Shown: positions 58,025 to 64,000 of the stretch, one piece after another | How positions within the stretch are numbered: the stretch's first letter is position 1 | How the letters are laid out: the number at the start of each line of letters is the position of its first letter | NCBI GenBank assembly: GCA_950097015.1 | Contig: CATNEN010000038.1 | Location: 11,780,001 to 11,844,000 of the forward strand | Source of the DNA: Macrostomum hystrix | Lineage: Eukaryota; Animalia; Platyhelminthes | Reading direction: 5' to 3' | Length of the DNA stretch: 64,000 nucleotides | Made by a program: the position numbers and the translations under genes | The notes under the pieces: model-generated | Told to the model about the DNA's origin: nothing | The model's input: the letters and a program-made list of their open reading frames with translations, nothing else | The model's database searches: none

Positions 58025-59700
58025 TGATTGAGGAATGGGATGTGGGAAAACTGCTGACTGATTGAGGAATATGATGTGGGGAAACTGCTGACTGATTGAG
58101 GAATGGGATGTGGGGAAACTGCTGGCTGATTGAAGAATGGGATGTGGGAAAACTGCTGGCTGACTGAAGAATGGGATGTGGGAAAACTGCTGACTGACTG
58201 AAGAATGGGATGTGGGGAAACTGCTGGCTGATTGAAGAATGGGATGTGGGAAAACTGCTGACTGACTGAAGAATGGGATGTGGGGAAACTGCTGACTGAC
58301 TGAAGAATGGGATGTGGGGAAACTGCTGACTGACTGAAGAATAGGATGTGGGAAAACTGCTGACTGACTGAAGAATGGGATGTGGGGAAACTGCTGACTG
58401 ACTGAAGAATGGGATGTGGGGAAACTGCTGACTGACTGAAAATGGGATGTGGGGAAACTGCTGGCTGACTGAAGGATGGGATGTGGGAAAACTGCTGGCT
58501 GACTGAAGAATGGGATGTGGGAAAACTGCTGACTGACTGAAGAATGGGATGTGGGGAAACTGCTGACTGACTGAAGGATGGGATGTGGGAAAACTGCTGA
58601 CTGATTGAGGAATGGGATGTGGGGAAACTGCTGACTGATTGAGGAATGGGATGTGGGGAAACTGCTGACTGATTGAGGAATGGGATGTGGGGAAACTGCT
58701 GACTGATTGAGGAATAGGATGTGGGGAAACTGCTGACTGATTGAGGAATGGGATGTGGGAAAACGGCTGACTGAAGGATGGGATGTGGGGAAACTGCTGA
58801 CTGACTGAAGAATGGGATGTGGGGAAACTGCTGACTGAAGAATGGGATGTGGGGAAACTGCTGACTGAAGGATGGAATGTGGGGAAACTGCTGACTGATT
58901 GAGTAATGGAATGTGGGGAAACTGCTGACTGACTGAAGGATGGGATGTGGGAAAACTGCTGACTGATTGAGGAATAGGATGTGGGGAAACTGCTGACTGA
59001 CTGAAGAATGGGATGTGGGGAAACTGCTGGCTGACTGAAGGATGGGATGTGGGAAAACGGCTGACTGAAGGATGGGATGTGGGGAAACGGCTGACTGACT
59101 GAAGAATGGGATGTGGGGAAACTGCTGACTGAAGGATGGGATGTGGGGAAACTGCTGGCTGACTGAAGAATGGGATGTGGGGAAACTGCTGGCGGACTGA
59201 AGGATGGGATGTGGGGAAACTGCTGGCGGACTGAAGGATGGGATGTGGGGAAACGGCTGACTGAAGGATGGGATGTGGGGAAACGGCTGACTGAAGGATG
59301 GGATGTGGGGAAACGGCTGACTGACTGAAGAATGGGATGTGGGGAAACTGCTGACTGAAGGATGGGATGTGGGGAAACTGCTGACTGAAGGATGGGATGT
59401 GGGAAAACGGCTGACTGAAGGATGGGATGTGGGGAAACTGCTCGCGGACTGAAGGATGGGATGTGGGGAAACTGCTGACTGAAGGATGGGATGTGGGGAA
59501 ACTGCTGACTGAAGGATGGGATGTGGGGAAACTGCTGACTGAAGGATGGGATGTGGGGAAACTGCTGGCGGACTGAAGAATGGGATGTAGGGAAACGGCT
59601 GACTAAAGGATGGGATGTGGGGAAACTGCTGGCGGACTGAAGAATGGGATGTGGGGAAACTGCTGACTGAAGGATGGGATGTGCTGAAACTGCTGACCGA
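58025..59700. repeat. G-rich ~30-34-bp minisatellite (ACTGAAGGATGGGATGTGGGGAAACTGCTG +/- ACTG)
   Basis: Tandem array; source of the 610-aa pseudo-ORF. Confidence 0.97.
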
Positions 59701-60524
59701 CTGCATGATACGGTGAAGGTTATGGATAAACGGAAGAAGGATGATGATGGACTGCAGCGTGCTCACTCCATAGTTATCACCTGCTCAGCTCAAGGTGCAG
59801 CTTCATCCTGACAGCCCGTTGAGCAGTCGATGCCGAATAACCTGAGGCCCTGGTTTCGCTGAGATTTTCCATTCGTTCAACTTTCGCACTCAACAAATCG
59901 ATAACCTTCTCTCGTCAGGCACCAAATTGTTGTCTTGAGCAAATCTGCCGCGGTCTTCTATATATATATATATATAGTATTTTATTTTCTCTTCAAAGAC
60001 CCATTTACAAGGTGTGCCAGCCAATCAGGGCTGTGCAATTTAAAAAAGGCAATGTGCAGGATGGCCAGCTCGCTACGACTCGCGGTTATAGAGGCGAAGA
60101 AAATGCATATTTTTATATTTTATGACAAGTGTTGGCCAGGAGCAGAGAGGAAAGACAGTGTGAGGGTAGAGGAGCGATTTTCATCCCAGCAAGACCCACC
60201 GCGGATTCCCTCCCCCGCCTCCATTCCCCATTCCGCTCCTCCCCCGCTGACTCAGCCTCTGAGCCTCTCCCCAGCGCGTTCAAGCAACGGCATAGCAGAA
60301 GCTGGTAGAAGATTATGAGAATTGACTCCGTTCATTGATCCAAGAACAGATTTTGTTAAAAAGAACGAAAATAAAACGGAATTGACGCCTATTGGAGAGG
60401 AAATAAGAAATTGGCGGTGTGTGGGGAATTCACAATGGATGGCTTTGAATGCGTTATTGGCGATGCGACTAGCTGCATCCGGTGCTTTGGGGGGTGAAAT
60501 TGTGATGGGTCTGCACAACTCTTG

Positions 60525-60860
60525 CACAAAGGTCCCTGAGCTCGATTCCTTGGCGAGGCCACATTCATTTGGGGCGCAGCCGCGGAGAGAAGGCTTGGGG
60601 GCTTGTCGTGCAATTTATGCCAGGTTCAACCAGGGCCAACCCCCAAGGCACAGTGCAAGAGTGTACACTGCCTGACGATGAGAAAGTCATGGCAGATGTA
60701 CACACCTGTGTGAGTGTGTGCCTGTGTACAGAATCTGTTTACGTGTGTGCTCAGGAGTCAGCGAAATGGGCAGAATTGCCTCCTCGCTGTCTGCAGGTCA
60801 AGTGTCTCTAAATCATGTGCCATTGCCCGCAGCCCTCCTAAAATATATCATTATTGTTAG
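60525..60860 (+). mobile_element. tRNA-derived SINE family B copy
   Basis: B-box-like GCTCGATTCC; body GGGGCTTGTCGTGCAATTTATGCC...CTGCCTGACGATGAGAAAGTCA...GTGCTCAGGAGTCAGCGAAATGGGCAGAATTGCCTCC; AT-rich tail; shared with several other copies. Confidence 0.8.
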
Positions 60861-62739
60861 TGAAGAGAGCGGTATTAGAAAAAACGGAGTTAAATAGTAT
60901 CAGATGAAGATAACAACGACAGAACTGATTCGAATGGGAGACAGCGGAGAGAGGTGAGAATGGAATGATGTGAGAATAGGAGAGACTTGAGAACGGTAAA
61001 GAGTTAAAGAATGGTAGATAGTTAAGAGTTGGGGAGAGATTTGAGATTTAATAATGGGAAAGAGAGGTGAGAATGGGAAAGAGAGGTGAGAATGGGAAAG
61101 AGAGGTGAATGCATGTAGATTTACACATACATGTACATGAAACGATATTTTTCGAATTATGTAATCTTCTCTATCTGGTTCAACTTGGTCAACTTTAAAT
61201 CTAGCAATCCCAGCATACGCTCGTATTAACTAAGCTAGTAAAGTATCCAACAGCTAGCTAGTTTTGCTATTTGATATGCTGTGTGGTTGGATCATACATT
61301 TAAACACTATATATATATTTCAATATAAAGGATGCCTGCAGGGCCTAGAATTAAAATGAGTCAAGATTGGAGCACATAGCCTCTAGAAATTGATCTATAC
61401 ATTAGTGATAACCGAATTATATAATAATTACCTACATCGAAGTTATTTACAAGCTTTGCAAGCTCGGCCTTGTTGGTTGACGAACACTGCAGCACCTGCC
61501 GTGCAGTGTGTAGTTAACGCAGCGAAATTATTTTAGTTTACTCTTACTAATTTCATAGACGTAGTCTAATGAGATGCCCCTTGTGCATGACCTGAAGGCT
61601 GCATACTTAGCATTTTTGTCTCTTGTTTCTTCCACTAGCTGCGAATTTATGCTGACATGGCAGTTTTAATGCGCGACTTCCGAATTCGCTTAAATTATCT
61701 TTTACAGCGATGAATACTGCAATGTTGAAATAAATGAGAGAGCCAAAGATCTAAAGAGATCAATTTAATCAGGTTCTATGATAATGAACATATCGAGATG
61801 CTCGACTAACAAGCTTGAACTCTTTCATGCTCAATTTTTATTTTCTTCTAGAATTCAAATTTATGGATACAAAAAAATATTATTAGTGAGAAAATAACTT
61901 GATTTTACAAGAAAGCATACAATTTTTAAAGAAATCTAATGCTGATCAAATGAGTAATATGCAACGTAAACAAACAATATCTGGAAAATCGAAACAGTAA
62001 TGACATTAAAATAGTAACCGAAGTTAACCAAAGCCGGTAATTTTTTTGAAAAAATTTAAACAAACAACAAGCAACTTGTTATAGTAAGAAAATAAATAGC
62101 AATGGCTGTTGTAGATTTCGGTTATTTGTTTGTTTATATGTAGTAAAATAAATAAAATGTTATTTTCTTGTCAGTATTTATGATTGGTTAAATTCGAGCT
62201 GACCAATAAAATACAATAATATGTGTTTGTCGATTAAAGACAGTAAGCCATTGGTTGTAACTCATTGGTTGGCCAGTCAGCAATTGGCACCAAGGTTTCG
62301 GCGGCCGCTGCGAGCGTCGATTGGCCTACAATAGCAGCAACATCGGCATGCATCGCACACCTAAACTAATGTGGGATAAACTTTGGGAATAAATGTTTTA
62401 GGCTTTTGGCCTTCCCGCCTTACGCCTAGCTAAGACCTAATGGGTAAACGATGGAATGTCGCAAGGCCTCAAATGATTATTGAGGTCTTCACAATATATA
62501 GTACTTGCTCTTTTTCACAGGGATACAGCGAGTGTATCGTATTCTATAGCTAGCTACCAGCGATTTATAAATACTTACACTAGTTCAGCTTAGCTAGCTA
62601 CTAGCCTAGCTAGTTTTGCTTTTGCAAGGTTAAGACAAAACAAGAAGATTTATTATACAATTTAGACAGTTATCATTTCTTTTCTATTTATTTTTATTGA
62701 TTATGTTTTACAATTTAGATGGTATCATACAGCCTAGAT

Positions 62740-63110
62740 CAGGGGTCAGCAAACTCCGGCCCGCGGGCCAGATGCGGCCCTCGAAGCCCCTAAATCTGGC
62801 CCGTTGCCCCTTCCACCACCTATAGTAGGCCTATCCTGTCTCATCTCTCCAGTGTCTTATCTGTCCTGTGTCTAATTATCTCTCCCCTGTCTCATCTCTG
62901 CCGTGTCTCCCGTCTCTCTCCAGTCTTATCTATTCTCATCTCTGGCTCATCCCTCCCCTGTCTCGTCTATCTGGTGACTCATCTCTCCCATTTCTCATCT
63001 ATCCTGTGTCCCATCTCTCCCCTTTCTCATATTCCTACAGTTAATACGGCCCGCTGTCGTCCTATAGGTTCTCTCCGTGGCCCGCTCGCTAAAAAGTTTG
63101 CCAACCCCTG
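62740..63110 (+). mobile_element. hAT-type MITE, copy 3 (371 bp)
   Basis: TIRs CAGGGGTCAGCAAAC / GTTTGCCAACCCCTG; TSD GCCTAGAT at 62732-62739 and 63111-63118. Confidence 0.92.
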
Positions 63111-64000
63111 GCCTAGATACTTAGCTTTGTCTCCAAATATATTCTAACTTAGGCATTTTTTAATGGCTATAGGCTATTGAATCTTATTCATGGCATCTTA
63201 AAATTGTGATAGGCCTATGCAAGATACCTTTGACCTGAAAATCTATTAATATTCATACAAACCCCTCATATGTATATAACTATAAAATAGCTTATATATA
63301 ATATTTGATAATTCTAGCCTACTTCTACCTTAGTTTATATATATACCTTGATTTAAATAGTTTTAGCTACTTTACTTCTTTTCTACCTAGTTAATTGATC
63401 ATTATATAGAAAACAAATCACATTAATTATTGATAGAAGTATGTAATTATTGTGTAAATATTCCATGATATATATGCTAGGCCTATAGGTTTTTTTTCTT
63501 ATTTTTTACATATTTTTCTTTAAAGTAATTTATAAAGAAGTATATTATATAGTCTAGTAGTCTATTATGTTCTATAAAGTAGTGTGTTAAAAAACAGTAT
63601 TTATATAATTTTTTTGGATCTAACAATTTAGGCAACTTTTTGGGACTCATTTGTTGCTATGTATTTGTAGGTTAGTAAGTAGAATAGTAGATTAATCTAA
63701 TGTAATTGCCTCTTACATCAAGAGCCTAAATGGTGACACCTCAATTGTTTAGAGCATAGCTGCAGAGAAGAGGTGGCAAATGTGACTTGTGCAATTCATA
63801 CAAGGTCAAAAGACAGTAAAAGTTCCATTGCCTTATGAGAAGATCACCTGCTGTGTGTCCATGTACATATGTTTTTATATGCTCAGGAGTCATCTATATT
63901 TAGCCAGCTTGCACATCCACACAAATAATGACATAAGCAACACATGCCAACACAAGAAATAGGCAATCTTGCTCAAATTAAGTACACATGCTTGCAGCTT

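Noticed and set aside
57934-59766. 610-aa ORF, plus other long repetitive ORFs (4142-5226, 56597-57583, 40378-41348, 3321-3767, 13695-14263, 24879-25379, 32338-32862)
   Set aside because: Translations of minisatellites or microsatellites. They are often open in several frames, mostly intronic, and lack domain or splice support.
60668-60700. Hammerhead-like string CTGACGA-TGA-GAAA-GTC in SINE B
   Set aside because: No room for stems II or III, and stem I does not close at the cleavage site; a simple hairpin explains it better.
59700-64000. Possible exons or another gene at the window end
   Set aside because: Some GC-rich patches (59700-59860, 60150-60500, 62270-62360), but I could not build a phase-consistent or recognisable coding chain.

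Overview
Intron-rich animal genomic DNA: GT-AG introns, GC-rich exons, AT-rich introns and many minisatellites. It is most consistent with a free-living flatworm such as Macrostomum; this is an inference from the tropomyosin C-terminus and the repeat landscape. I assembled five spliced genes by hand, checking splice phases. (1) PDE2A-like GAF-GAF phosphodiesterase (+, 2002-22072, 5' end not found). (2) LCAT/lysosomal phospholipase A2-like lipase (+, 23909-27433). (3) Tropomyosin (+, 28903-45194) with two first exons, two interleaved central exon paths, three exon-8 variants and two last exons. (4) EF-hand rhomboid protease (-, 46707-50348). (5) A small two-LIM, PINCH-like gene largely missed by the ORF track (-, 51188-56347). 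Mobile DNA includes three hAT-type MITEs with 8-bp TSDs and an internal variable satellite, a decayed Tc1 (DD34E) transposase, two tRNA-derived SINE families (one CORE-type) and about 20 distinct minisatellites. The most striking observation is in tropomyosin: two paralogous exon series are interdigitated with complementary intron positions, so cross-path splicing is out of frame, and a TGCATG motif precedes every exon of one series and none of the other. Most long ORFs in the supplied track are translated satellites.
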